Of a DNA stretch of 64,000 bases, positions 1 to 8,910 are shown in pieces; within the stretch, counting starts at the first letter, position 1; each line of letters starts with the position of its first letter. Both the position numbers and the translations under genes were made by a program. A model generated the notes under the pieces. It was not told the origin of the DNA, did no database searches, and worked only from the letters and a program-made list of their open reading frames with translations. The DNA is from an uncultured Holophagales bacterium. GTDB taxonomy: Bacteria > Acidobacteriota > Thermoanaerobaculia > Multivoradales > UBA5704. The stretch is from the NCBI GenBank assembly GCA_963842525.1, contig CAWJGT010000003.1, positions 1,280,001-1,344,000 of the forward strand, read 5' to 3'.

Positions 1-1
1 C

Positions 2-181
2 ACCTCGCTGGTCGCAAACATGGCGTTGGTGTTCCTGACCCTGGCTTTCGCCCCCTATATCGGCCGCTTCATGGGACCGGCAGTGAGCCGCGCCTTCGGC
101 AAGGTGGCGAGCCTGTTCCTGGCCGCCATCTCGGTGGCGCTGATCCGCGCCGGCGTGGTGGGGATGATCGCAGCGCTGTAG
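2..181 (+). CDS. MarC-family membrane protein, C-terminal part (truncated by window edge)
   Basis: Frame reads ...RFMGPAVSRAFGKVASLFLAAISVALIRAGVVGMIAAL*, resembling the MarC C-terminus. Confidence 0.6.
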   Translation, partial: TSLVANMALVFLTLAFAPYIGRFMGPAVSRAFGKVASLFLAAISVALIRAGVVGMIAAL

Positions 182-218
182 CGGTATTCCGAAAGCTCTG
201 CGGTCGGCGTCGCCTTGG

Positions 219-540
219 TCCCTCACCCCCGACCCCTCTCCCATCCGCACTCCCTTCCCCCGGGAGAGGGGAGAAAAGCATGATCAGGAAGTAGGGGCGG
301 CCCTTGTGGCCGCCCTCCGGAAGGGCACCCACAAGGGGCGCCCCTACAGAGGGACGATCCATCTTTTCAGACGTGACAGGGTACTGGGTGGGGGCTCCCC
401 TCTCCCGGGCGGGTGTGAGTGCGGATGGGAGAGGGGTCGGGGGTGAGGGACCGGGGCTCGCGCAGGAATTTCCAAACACCCTCTTAATTTAAGAGTTTCC
501 CCCTCTCCCGATTTCGGGAGAGGGGGCAGGGGGAGAGGGC
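219..540. repeat. Cluster of REP-like palindromes (CCCTCACCCC..CCCTCTCCC family and GTAG family) plus a lone MITE-like end at 469-483
   Basis: Inverted pair 219-273/395-451; GTAGGGGCG...CGCCCCTAC at 291-347; TTTCCAAACACCCTC is the reverse complement of the TIR at 13566. Confidence 0.8.
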
Positions 541-2349
541 CTACGGGGCCGGTTTCGCTTCGCCCTGCATCTGCGGCACGTGCTCCTCGAGCACGGCCTT
601 GCGCAGCAGGTTGGGCGGCAGGAGCCCTTGGGCGAGGATGAAGTCGTGGTACTTCTGGCGGTCGAACTTCGACCCCAGGATCCGCTCCACCTCGGTGCGC
701 AGCGACATCAGCCGGGTATAGCCGACGAAATAGGCGGTCGCCTGGCCGGGGCTGCGGAACGTGTAGCGCTGCACCTCCTGGAGGGCCATGCCCTCGGAGA
801 GCCCCACGTCCTCGCGCAGGACCCGGGTGGCCTCCTCGCGGGTGATCCTGCCGAGCTGCAGCCCGGGATCGAGGAAGGCGCGGGCGGCGCGCATCAGCCG
901 GCTCTGCAGGCTGGCAAGCTGGGCGTCGAGAGGGAGATACGGCCGGACCTCGGCCTCGGCGTACAGGGCCCAGCCCTCCACGTTCACGCTGTTGAAGGCG
1001 AAGATCGCCCGCGTCTTCGACACACCCTTCTCGACCAGCGCCGCGAACTGCAGCTCGTGGCCGGGCCGCCCCTCGTGGGCGGTCAGCGTCCAGGAGATGG
1101 CGTCGAAGGTGAAGTCGTCGAGCGCGAGCTGCTGGCCCTCCTGCGTGCCGGGGATGCGCAGCGGCAGCACGAACTCGCCCATCTCGCCGGTGTTGCCGAT
1201 CAGCCGCGGTGGGCGCATGTTCGGCGCCGCGACGGCGACGCTCTCGGCCTCGCTCGCCAGCCGCACCCGCATCTCGCGCGCCGGCAGGGTCACGATGCGC
1301 TGCTTGCGGATGATGTCCTCCATGTCGCGTACGCGCTGCTGGTAGAGCGGCAGGATCGCGTCGCCGGTGACCTGCTTCTTCTTGAGCTCGCGCAGCACGC
1401 CGCGATAGTCGGTGACCGACAGCCCATGCTCCTTGGCCACCAGGGGAGCCAGGGCCTGCATCTCGTTCTGGATCTCCCGGAAGGCTACCTCGGCGCGGCT
1501 CACCAGCTCCTCGACCGGCATGTCGACCCCGACCTGCTCGAGGCTGAAGGCGTACATCTCGGGCGGCAGCCGGAAGTCGGTGCGGGCGCGCGGCAGGATC
1601 TCCTTGCGGACGAAGCCGTCGTAGGCCGCGAGCTGCTGCTTGAGCTTGGCGTAGGGCTCTTCATACCCTTTGATCTGGTACTTCTGGAAGAGTTGCTCCA
1701 GGCCGTCGACATAGGTCTTGTTGTTGGCGAGGTCGCGTTCGACCTCGTCCTTGAAGGGGCCGATCAGCTTGGGGTCGGAGAGCTTGGTGCGGACGTAGTC
1801 CTCGGCCAGCTTCGACAGCGGCTGGTATCCCGGCTCGACGCCGGCGTACTTGCGCAGGCGCACCAGGGCCGCCGGCCGCCGCGCCGCGTCGACCTGGTCG
1901 TCGAGCAGTCCGCGGATGCCGCCGAAGACGGCGCCGGTGATGTTGAAGTAGGGCAGGTAGTACTTCTCGCCCAGATCCTGGCCCTTGATGTTGTCCTGGA
2001 CTGTGCCGACCAGGATCTCGAGATCCTGGCGGACCGCCGGGTCCTTTTCGGCCTGCAGGCGCTTTTCGAGCTCGGCGAGCGCGGTCCGCGTGGCGGCCTT
2101 GCCGCGCTCCTGGAAGCCCGGCTTCAGGTCGAAGACCTCCTCGTCCAGGCCGGGGATGCCGAGCTCGCCCGCGCCCTCGGGGCCGAAGCGGGCCATCACC
2201 TCGAGCAAGACCTGGGCGTTCTCGTCGCTGCGCGCCACCCAGGACGGCGGCGTCGCGGCGGAAACAGCGGTGGACCAGGCCAGCGCCAGAAGCGCAGCCA
2301 CGCCTACCGCGCGGCGGAAGGGTACAGGCATCGATCTAGGTGGAGTCAC
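541..2349 (-). CDS. DUF885 family secreted protein (putative metallopeptidase)
   Basis: Signal peptide; HEGRPGHELQ, EGWALYAE and PGQATAY motifs; AGGAG RBS before GTG. Confidence 0.9.
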   Translation of the reverse strand: MTPPRSMPVPFRRAVGVAALLALAWSTAVSAATPPSWVARSDENAQVLLEVMARFGPEGAGELGIPGLDEEVFDLKPGFQERGKAATRTALAELEKRLQAEKDPAVRQDLEILVGTVQDNIKGQDLGEKYYLPYFNITGAVFGGIRGLLDDQVDAARRPAALVRLRKYAGVEPGYQPLSKLAEDYVRTKLSDPKLIGPFKDEVERDLANNKTYVDGLEQLFQKYQIKGYEEPYAKLKQQLAAYDGFVRKEILPRARTDFRLPPEMYAFSLEQVGVDMPVEELVSRAEVAFREIQNEMQALAPLVAKEHGLSVTDYRGVLRELKKKQVTGDAILPLYQQRVRDMEDIIRKQRIVTLPAREMRVRLASEAESVAVAAPNMRPPRLIGNTGEMGEFVLPLRIPGTQEGQQLALDDFTFDAISWTLTAHEGRPGHELQFAALVEKGVSKTRAIFAFNSVNVEGWALYAEAEVRPYLPLDAQLASLQSRLMRAARAFLDPGLQLGRITREEATRVLREDVGLSEGMALQEVQRYTFRSPGQATAYFVGYTRLMSLRTEVERILGSKFDRQKYHDFILAQGLLPPNLLRKAVLEEHVPQMQGEAKPAP

Positions 2350-2498
2350 GATGTCTCCTTGAGGAATTCCGGAGGTTGGTGCTCCCTGACGAGAGCGTTC
2401 GTGCTGAGCTTACGCCACGCAGGGCCGAATGTTTCGGTCGGGCAAGCGGGCGGATGCATGCCAGCAGGCCGCCGACAGCCCTCGCAGTGTCTGCAGCC

Positions 2499-2720
2499 TC
2501 AGGGCTCTTTGAGGCGTTTGACCTGGGGTACCACTTCGATCAGAGCCCGCAGCGCTCTGTTGACCGATTCGGGAGTCGTGAAAACCTCGGCGACATCCTC
2601 GTCGAGGATGACGGCGAGCCCTTTGCTTGCGCCCTCACCAGCGAATCGGTTCGGTTTCGCCGTTCGATAGTCGAAACGGCGGTTGGAGCTTGCCTTGTCC
2701 TCATCCCACTCGAACCTCAC
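2499..2720 (-). CDS. Chimeric BrnT N-terminus / BrnA-like antitoxin (in-frame deletion fusion)
   Basis: MRFEWDEDKASSNRR (BrnT-like start) joined to FDYRTAKPNRFA...LDEDVAEVFTTPESVNRALRALI (BrnA-like); TATAAT 6 nt upstream of GTG. Confidence 0.7.
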   Translation of the reverse strand: MRFEWDEDKASSNRRFDYRTAKPNRFAGEGASKGLAVILDEDVAEVFTTPESVNRALRALIEVVPQVKRLKEP

Positions 2721-2870
2721 CGGCCCATTATAGATGCAGGTGGCATGAATGGGCTCTGGTCACCGGTTTCCTGGCTCCGCGACCGTGACCTGGGCCACGA
2801 ACTTTGGCCGCCCCGGGACGTACACTTGCTTACTGCCCGGCTCCGGAGAGCGCGTCGGCGTGGAGAACCT

Positions 2871-3304
2871 ATGACCACCCTCATCCGACACCCTGTGTTA
2901 CCCCTCGCTCTCGTTCTCCTCTGCAGCGGGACGACCGGTGCCATCGCCCAGCAGGCGGCGAGCTCCGAGGCCGCTCCCGCCGGAATGCGGCTCCAGATGC
3001 TGCTGACCACGCCGTTCGTCGACAACAACGACCTTCTGGCCCGCACCGCTCCCACCGTCTACACCACCACGAGGATCGCTCGCGGATCCGGGTCCTCGAT
3101 GTCGTCGCTGGATCGCCGGCGGCGGAGGCCGGGATCAAGATCGGCGACCGCCTCACCACGATGGACGGCCAGCCGCTCGGCGAGCTGCCGCTCGAGCGCG
3201 TGCGGCGCCGCCTGCGGGGACGGGCGGGTGACAAAGTGGAGCTCACCTTCGAGCGCGGAGGCGAGGTGATCCGCCTGGCCCTGCCATTGCGCCGGGTGGT
3301 ATAG
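2871..3304 (+). pseudogene. Secreted PDZ-domain protein remnant (internal deletion/frameshift)
   Basis: Signal peptide in one frame; PDZ-like VVAGSPAAEAGIKIGDRL...VELTFERGGE in another frame. Confidence 0.65.
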
Positions 3305-3322
3305 CGGCCCCCGCCCGGCTGA

Positions 3323-3610
3323 TCAGGGCTCAGCGCAGAAGAGCGGGCAGTCCGGGCCGCAGAATTGTGCGCCGATGTTGTAACCGCAGCACTCTGATCC
3401 ATTCCCGCCGCTTGCCCAGGACTGGTGAAAACACTCGATAGCCTGGCAGTAGACTTGGTCGTAACAGCTTTGCGAACAATTCGAGCAGGGATCGACTTGG
3501 AAACCGCTGCAGGATGCAGTGGCCGGCTTGGGTTCGAACGAGAGCACAAAGACGACCATCGCCACAACCAACGAGAGTTTCAAGAGCAATTTGCGGGATC
3601 CAGCAAACAT
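3323..3610 (-). CDS. Secreted Cys-rich miniprotein 1 (95 aa, 11 Cys in mature part)
   Basis: GAGGAGG RBS; Sec-type signal ending PATA; Cys-rich C-terminus. Confidence 0.8.
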   Translation of the reverse strand: MFAGSRKLLLKLSLVVAMVVFVLSFEPKPATASCSGFQVDPCSNCSQSCYDQVYCQAIECFHQSWASGGNGSECCGYNIGAQFCGPDCPLFCAEP

Positions 3611-3987
3611 GTTGACCTCCTCGGCTGAAGCTCGCTGCCAATTCAGCGGCGTCTATAATAGGCCATGGCAAATCGGGTGACAAGCACGGCGCCGAACCGG
3701 CTTGCCGGAGGAAGCGGGGGGCACCTATTCCGGCTGGGAGCCAGACCATCGCTTACAAGATGCTCAGCTATGAGTGAGCGCGGAGCAGTGTTCGCCCTGA
3801 ATGCGCGCCGGATGGCCCTCGCTGCGGCGAAGCGCCGCCGGTCTGCCGCCTCCGCCTAAGTTGCGGTGAAGAATAGGCTTATCCGGAGGTGGGTATCGGG
3901 CCCCGGACCGGATACAGGCCGCCAAGGCGGATCAGCCTCGTCACGGCTGCGGCCCCTTCGGTCTGCGCGGATACGCCGCGACGGGAT

Positions 3988-4222
3988 TCAAACCCGGCCG
4001 TGAGCCCGGCGGACCGAAGCGGCGACCTGGCCGACAAGATCGACGGTGACCTCCTCGGCCTGCGGCGGCCTGCTGAAAGAGGAGCAGGGCAGCCAGCGCT
4101 TGGATGCACCCCGCCGGCCTCGAAGACCGGGAGCATCTCGGCGGCGAGCTGCCGGATCTCGGCCGTATTGCCGCGGCGAGCGTGGCGGCATCGACCGCGA
4201 TCCCCTCCTGGAGAAGACCTCC
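3988..4222 (-). pseudogene. 3' remnant of TPR-like helical protein gene (copy 1, frameshifted)
   Basis: GLLQEGIAVDAA...EIRQLAAEMLPVFEAGGVHP..ALAALLLFQQAA..EEVTVDLVGQVAASVRRAHGRV*; highly similar DNA at 9797-10032. Confidence 0.7.
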
Positions 4223-4270
4223 TAAGTACTGGCCAACATAAGTGCGAGCACGTATCCGTGGCTGTTCATC

Positions 4271-4497
4271 CGGCCCAACGGGCCGGCAGAACCCAGCCCA
4301 GGGCAGAGGCCGAAGGCCGATGCCCTGGGTCAACAGGCCCCACAGCCCTGCGGTCTGAAGGACCGCGAGAACCTCGCTGGCAACAGATGCGGAAGCGACT
4401 CTCGCGGCCTGTCAGGCCGCACCGGTTTGTCCTCTCTCTCCCCAGGGCATCGGCTTTCGGCCTCTGCCCTGGGCTTTGAAACCGGCAGGTCCGTTGT
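4271..4497. repeat. REP doublet (AGCCCAGGG...CCCTGGG family)
   Basis: AGCCCAGGGCAGAGGCCGAAGGCCGATGCCCTGGG and an inverted copy near 4441-4475. Confidence 0.75.
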
Positions 4498-4559
4498 AGA
4501 ATAAAGAAAGGCAGCGCGGTGGAGCCATAGCCATATACGCGAGCAGGAAATCTTGGTTC

Positions 4560-4620
4560 GGCCAACCAAGCGGCTCCAGCGAACGGCTGGCGCCGCGCGC
4601 TTAGGCCCCGAGCGTTGGGC
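4560..4620 (+). other. Integron attC-like site 1 (degenerate)
   Basis: GGCCAAC ... GCTCCAGC ... GCTTAGGC ... GTTGGGC with central hairpin. Confidence 0.6.
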
Positions 4621-4741
4621 CGACTGGCGGTGAGTGTTCCTGACCACCAATTCCCGGCTGCTGTCATGCACACACTGCGCGCATTGTGGAGTTGCCCCGG
4701 TTTCGTGGACACTTTATCCTTTGGGATAATAGGAGTGTCCG

Positions 4742-5062
4742 ATGCCCAGAACCCGTCCCCCGTACAGTCCTGAGTTCCGGCAACAGATGGTGGAGTTGGT
4801 GCGAGCAGGTCGCACCCCGGAGGAGCTGTCGCGAGAGTTTGAGCCATCGGCTCAGGCGATCCGCAACTGGGTCCAGCAGAGCGGCGGGAACGTCGAGAGT
4901 CGTCGCGAGGCCGGCGGCCTGACGAGCGCAGAGAACGAGGAGCTGCGCCGTCTGAGGCGGGAGAACCGTCAACTGCGTGAAGAGCGGGAGATTCTGGCAA
5001 AAGCCGCGGCCTGGTTCGCTCGGGAGACCGGATCGATTCCGTCGAGGTGTTCAGATTCGTGA
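4742..5062 (+). CDS. IS3 transposase OrfA
   Basis: YSPEFRQQMVEL HTH; ELRRLRRENRQLREEREILAKAAAWFA coiled coil. Confidence 0.95.
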   Translation: MPRTRPPYSPEFRQQMVELVRAGRTPEELSREFEPSAQAIRNWVQQSGGNVESRREAGGLTSAENEELRRLRRENRQLREEREILAKAAAWFARETGSIPSRCSDS

Positions 5063-5910
5063 GCGCCAACCAGGCGAAGTACCCGGTGCGCCGGCTGTGC
5101 CGTCTGCTGGGAGTCTCCCCCAGCGGGTACTACGCGTGGTCGCGTCGATCGATCTCGCAGCATGCACGGTCCGACGCGGAGCTTGTGGCGCGGATCAGAG
5201 CCATCCACGAGCGTTCGCGGGGGACGTACGGGTCGCCGCGGATCCACGCAGAGCTGCGCGCTTGCGGTGTGCTGGTGAGCCGCAAGCGGGTGGCTCGGCT
5301 GATGCGCGAGGCGGGGTTGCGGGGAGCCAGTCGTCGTCGCCCGATCACCACGACGGTGCGGGATGCGAAGAGCCGTCCGGCCCCGGACCTGGTGAAGAGG
5401 GACTTCGCGGCCGGCGGTCGCGATCGGCTCTGGGTGGCCGACATCACCTACATTCCGACCGGGTCGGGGTTCCTGTACCTGGCGGTGGTGGTGGATGCCT
5501 GGAGCCGTCGTGTGGTGGGCTGGTCGATGGCCACGCATCTGCGGACAGAACTGGTTTTGGAGGCGCTGAACATGGCCTTGGGGCAACGCCGGCCGCAGGG
5601 AGTGATCCATCACTCCGACCAGGGGAGCCAGTACACCTCCATCGCCTTCGGCCAGCGCTGCCGTGAGGCCGGCGTGCGGCCGTCAATGGGGTCCGTGGGT
5701 GACTGTTTCGACAACGCGCTGTGTGAGAGCTTTTTCGCCACCCTGGAGTGCGAGCTCTTGGAGCGCCGTCGGTTCGGCACGCAGGTGGAGGCCCGCCTGG
5801 CCGTCTTCGAGTTCCTCGAGGGCTGGTACAACCCGCATCGTCGTCATTCGGGCCTGGGCTACCTGAGCCCAGTGGAGTTCGAACGACGCGGCGGAGGCGG
5901 CGTAACGTGA
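5047..5910 (+). CDS. IS3 transposase OrfB (DDE integrase)
   Basis: WVADITY, HHSDQGSQY, DNALCESFF, YNPHRRHS motifs. Confidence 0.95.
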   Translation: MFRFVSANQAKYPVRRLCRLLGVSPSGYYAWSRRSISQHARSDAELVARIRAIHERSRGTYGSPRIHAELRACGVLVSRKRVARLMREAGLRGASRRRPITTTVRDAKSRPAPDLVKRDFAAGGRDRLWVADITYIPTGSGFLYLAVVVDAWSRRVVGWSMATHLRTELVLEALNMALGQRRPQGVIHHSDQGSQYTSIAFGQRCREAGVRPSMGSVGDCFDNALCESFFATLECELLERRRFGTQVEARLAVFEFLEGWYNPHRRHSGLGYLSPVEFERRGGGGVT

Positions 5911-6069
5911 CGCCAAACCGCGGCCCGCTACGCGTTTCCGTAGGACCTTGGTGCTGGGGGGCTCTGCCCCCCAGGCCCCCCGAAGAACGAGTTGAGAACC
6001 CAAGCCCTAAACCGTCCACCAAACCGGGGCAGGTCCATTGAGTACCCACGGTGAGCCCCTAGACTTAGC

Positions 6070-7548
6070 ATGAATGGTCTCATTCTCGTCACTGGCGCTA
6101 CAGGCTACGTTGGAGGCCGACTTTGGCGCCGGCTTGAAGCGGACGGCAGGCGGGTGCGCTGCATGGCCCGGCGGCGGGCGGGGCTCGTGTCGCGGGTCGG
6201 ATCGGCGACCGAGGTGATGGAAGGCGACGTTTTGAAGCCCGAAACGCTTGGGCCGGTGCTCGAGGGGGTAGAGCTGGCCTACTACCTCGTCCACTCGATG
6301 GGCGCGGGCCGCGATTTCGAGTCCCAGGACCGGGAGGCGGCGCGGAGCTTCGGAGAGGCGGCGCAGCGGGCGGGGGTGCGCCGCATCGTCTACTTGGGTG
6401 GCTTGGGGCACGGCGAGGACCTCTCGCCGCACCTGAGGAGCCGGCATGAAGTCGGCGAGCGACTGCGCTTGTCCGGGGTGCCTGTGCTGGAGCTCAGGGC
6501 TTCCATCGTGCTCGGTTCGGGGAGCCTCTCCTTCGAGATGATCCGCGCGCTGGTCGAGCGCCTGCCCATCATGATCACGCCGCGTTGGGTAGAGGTCGAG
6601 GCGCAGCCGATCGCCATCGACGATCTGCTCGGCTATCTGGTCGCCGCGCTGCATGTGCCCTTCGAGGCGAGCCGGGTGTTCGAGATCGGCGGCGCCGACC
6701 GGGTGTCCTACGGGGACCTCATGCGCGAGTACGCCCGACAGCGAGGTCTGCGGCGAGTGATGATCCGCATTCCCTTCCTGACGCCGCGGCTCTCGAGCTT
6801 GTGGCTCGGGCTCGTGACGCCGATCTATGCGCGCGTGGGCCGCAAGCTGATCGAGTCAATCAAGCACCCGACCTTCGTTCGTGACCCCTCGGCGCGCGAG
6901 GTCTTCCCGTTGCAGCCGCGAAGCATGCGGGAGGCGATTGCCGCTGCCATCCGCAACGAGGAGAGCGAGATTGCCGAGAGCCGTTGGTACGATGCCTTCT
7001 CGTCCGGGGGCGAGGGACGCAACTGGGCCGGCGTTCGCTTCGGCAATCGATTCGTCGACTCGCGCACGCGGGAGGTCGATGTCGGGCCGGAAGAGGCCTT
7101 CGCGCCGATCCGCCGCATTGGCGGCGAGACGGGGTGGTACGCCTACGACTGGCTGTGGCGACTGCGCGGCTTCCTCGATCTGCTGGTCGGAGGCGTCGGC
7201 GTGCGACGCGGCCGGCCGTTGCCCGAGGCCCTGCAGGCAGGTGACGCGCTGGACTTCTGGCGTGTCGAGGCTTTCGAGCCCGGCCGGCTGCTGCGGCTTT
7301 CGGCCGAGATGAAGCTGCCGGGCCGCGCCTGGCTCGAGTTCGAGGTCGTACCGCGCGAAGGCGGATCCACAATCCGGCAGACGGCGCTCTTCGACCCGGT
7401 CGGTCTCATTGGCTTGATTTACTGGTACGGCGTGTATCCTCTGCACCGCTTGGTGTTCGCGGGCATGCTCGATGGATTGGCCCGAGCGGCGACCGCCCGA
7501 TCACGCAGGACTGGTGAGGAGCACAGACGAGGGTCGACGCAGCGTTGA
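6070..7548 (+). CDS. NAD(P)-binding atypical SDR with C-terminal DUF2867 (YbjT-like); probable gene cassette
   Basis: VTGATGYVG Rossmann motif; GSGSLSFEMIR; AEMKLPGRAWLEF; lies between two attC-like sites. Confidence 0.9.
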   Translation: MNGLILVTGATGYVGGRLWRRLEADGRRVRCMARRRAGLVSRVGSATEVMEGDVLKPETLGPVLEGVELAYYLVHSMGAGRDFESQDREAARSFGEAAQRAGVRRIVYLGGLGHGEDLSPHLRSRHEVGERLRLSGVPVLELRASIVLGSGSLSFEMIRALVERLPIMITPRWVEVEAQPIAIDDLLGYLVAALHVPFEASRVFEIGGADRVSYGDLMREYARQRGLRRVMIRIPFLTPRLSSLWLGLVTPIYARVGRKLIESIKHPTFVRDPSAREVFPLQPRSMREAIAAAIRNEESEIAESRWYDAFSSGGEGRNWAGVRFGNRFVDSRTREVDVGPEEAFAPIRRIGGETGWYAYDWLWRLRGFLDLLVGGVGVRRGRPLPEALQAGDALDFWRVEAFEPGRLLRLSAEMKLPGRAWLEFEVVPREGGSTIRQTALFDPVGLIGLIYWYGVYPLHRLVFAGMLDGLARAATARSRRTGEEHRRGSTQR

Positions 7549-7629
7549 GTGAGCAAGGCACGTGCGAGTTGCGTCGACGACGAAGATGCCTCGAAACGTG
7601 GAAAGGACTCATTGGCTCAGGAGGCGGCG

Positions 7630-7692
7630 GCCCAACAAGACGATGCAGATGACGGCGCTTCACGCCGCAGGTTGATCGCCAATCCGTTAGGC
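7630..7692 (+). other. Integron attC site 2
   Basis: GCCCAAC-AAGAC-GATGCAG...GGCG CTTCA CGCC...TTGATC-GCCAATCC-GTTAGGC; fits RYYYAAC/GTTRRRY. Confidence 0.8.
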
Positions 7693-7836
7693 GCCGGGGC
7701 GGGAGGTTTAGCATCGAGCCGCCCGGGTGCTCCACTGGCTGTTGCTTGGGAACAGCTCCGCGGAGCTTCCGGTCACCAGCCGGCACGCCGTGTTGCCGGC
7801 GCTCCCGTCGTGTTAGTCTAGGGCCAGGAGGCCGCC

Positions 7837-8100
7837 ATGCAACACCGCTTGACCATCGACTACGGCGACGATGTCCTCTTCAGTAGCGGCCTGACGCGCG
7901 GAGCCTTCGACGAAGAGGCCCGCTTCCTCCTTGCCGCGAAGCTCTACGAAGTAGGCCGGCTGAGCTCGGGCTTCGCCGCAAAGCTCTGCGGGAAGGGCAG
8001 GGTGGACTTTCTCCTCGCCCTCCCGCGAATCGGCGTTGCCATGAGCAACCTCCAGCCCGAGGATCTCGACTCCGAGGTGGAGTTCATGCGGCGTGGCTGA
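7837..8100 (+). CDS. UPF0175-family antitoxin
   Basis: AAKLYEVGRLSSGFAAKLCGKGRVDFL; overlaps downstream PIN gene. Confidence 0.85.
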   Translation: MQHRLTIDYGDDVLFSSGLTRGAFDEEARFLLAAKLYEVGRLSSGFAAKLCGKGRVDFLLALPRIGVAMSNLQPEDLDSEVEFMRRG

Positions 8101-8569
8101 ACCGATCGTCGTAAACACCGGGCCGCTGGTGTCCTTCGCCAGAATCGGCTGCCTGGACTTGATCGGCCGCTTGCCCTACGAGTTTCTTAGCCCAGCGGAA
8201 GTCTGGCAGGAGCTCGACAAAGGGCGCGCCGCAGGCCATCCTTGGGCCGCGCCAGCTTGGCTCAAGAAGAAGCCGCTGGTCAAACCGCCCTCACCCGCCT
8301 TGCTGGCCGGCCTCGACCTGGGAGAAGCCGCGGTCAACCAACTCGCCCTCGACCTTGGCGTCCGCACCGTGGCGATCGACGAATGGAAGGGACGCCGCGG
8401 CGCCCTCGCTTCGGGCCTCAGAGTCACCGGGTCGCTGGGCCTCCTGGGCCGCGCGAAGGCCGAGGGCCTGATCTCGGAGTTGAAGCCTCTCATCGCGAAG
8501 GCGATAGACGCCGGGATCTGGTACAACCGCGAGCTCGTCAGGAGCTTCCTGGAGGCCGCCGGCGAGTGA
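8093..8569 (+). CDS. DUF3368 PIN-domain toxin
   Basis: IVVNTGPL, LDLGEAA, IDEWKGRR, VTGSLGLL motifs. Confidence 0.85.
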   Translation: MAEPIVVNTGPLVSFARIGCLDLIGRLPYEFLSPAEVWQELDKGRAAGHPWAAPAWLKKKPLVKPPSPALLAGLDLGEAAVNQLALDLGVRTVAIDEWKGRRGALASGLRVTGSLGLLGRAKAEGLISELKPLIAKAIDAGIWYNRELVRSFLEAAGE

Positions 8570-8761
8570 ACAAGAAGGGCTCACCGCCTCGGCCTACGTC
8601 GAAGTAAGGGCGGCGAACCCGGCCGATCGAGCGGACATCTGACGCCGCCAGGCTTTAGTTGCCGGGCTCCAGGGCGGGCTTTGTAAGAGAGTTCCGAGTC
8701 CGAGGGGTTAGGGGAAGCGGTCCTTTTCGAACCGACCTGCACTACAATCGGTGGGAGAGAA

Positions 8762-8843
8762 ACCGCCCAACCCGACTGCTTAACCGGACGGTCAACGCAC
8801 TATCGTGCGTCGCCCGCCGGTTAGCAGGAGCAGCGTTGGCGGT
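8762..8843 (+). other. Integron attC site 3
   Basis: ACCGCCCAAC-CCGAC-TGCTTAACCGGACGG...CCGCCGGTTAGCA-GGAGCAGC-GTTGGCGGT; bulge positions put the top strand on +. Confidence 0.75.
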
Positions 8844-8910
8844 CAGGGTAGTTGATGTCTTTCTTCGGCAAGGAAGAACCCGAGCAACCCGAGCCAGTCG
8901 AGATGTCCGG

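Larger units (their letters stand above)
4687..6037 (+). mobile_element. IS3-family insertion sequence (1351 bp)
   Basis: TIRs TGGAGTTGCCCCGGTTTCGTGGAC / GTCCACCAAACCGGGGCAGGTCCA; 3-bp TTG target duplication; orfA/orfB. Confidence 0.95.

Noticed and set aside
580-2670. Long antisense or alternative-frame ORFs (also 17880-19631, 21966-24323, 31821-33953, 38875-41499, 46910-49015, 62131-63858)
   Set aside because: Shadows of real genes in high-GC DNA; no recognisable motifs
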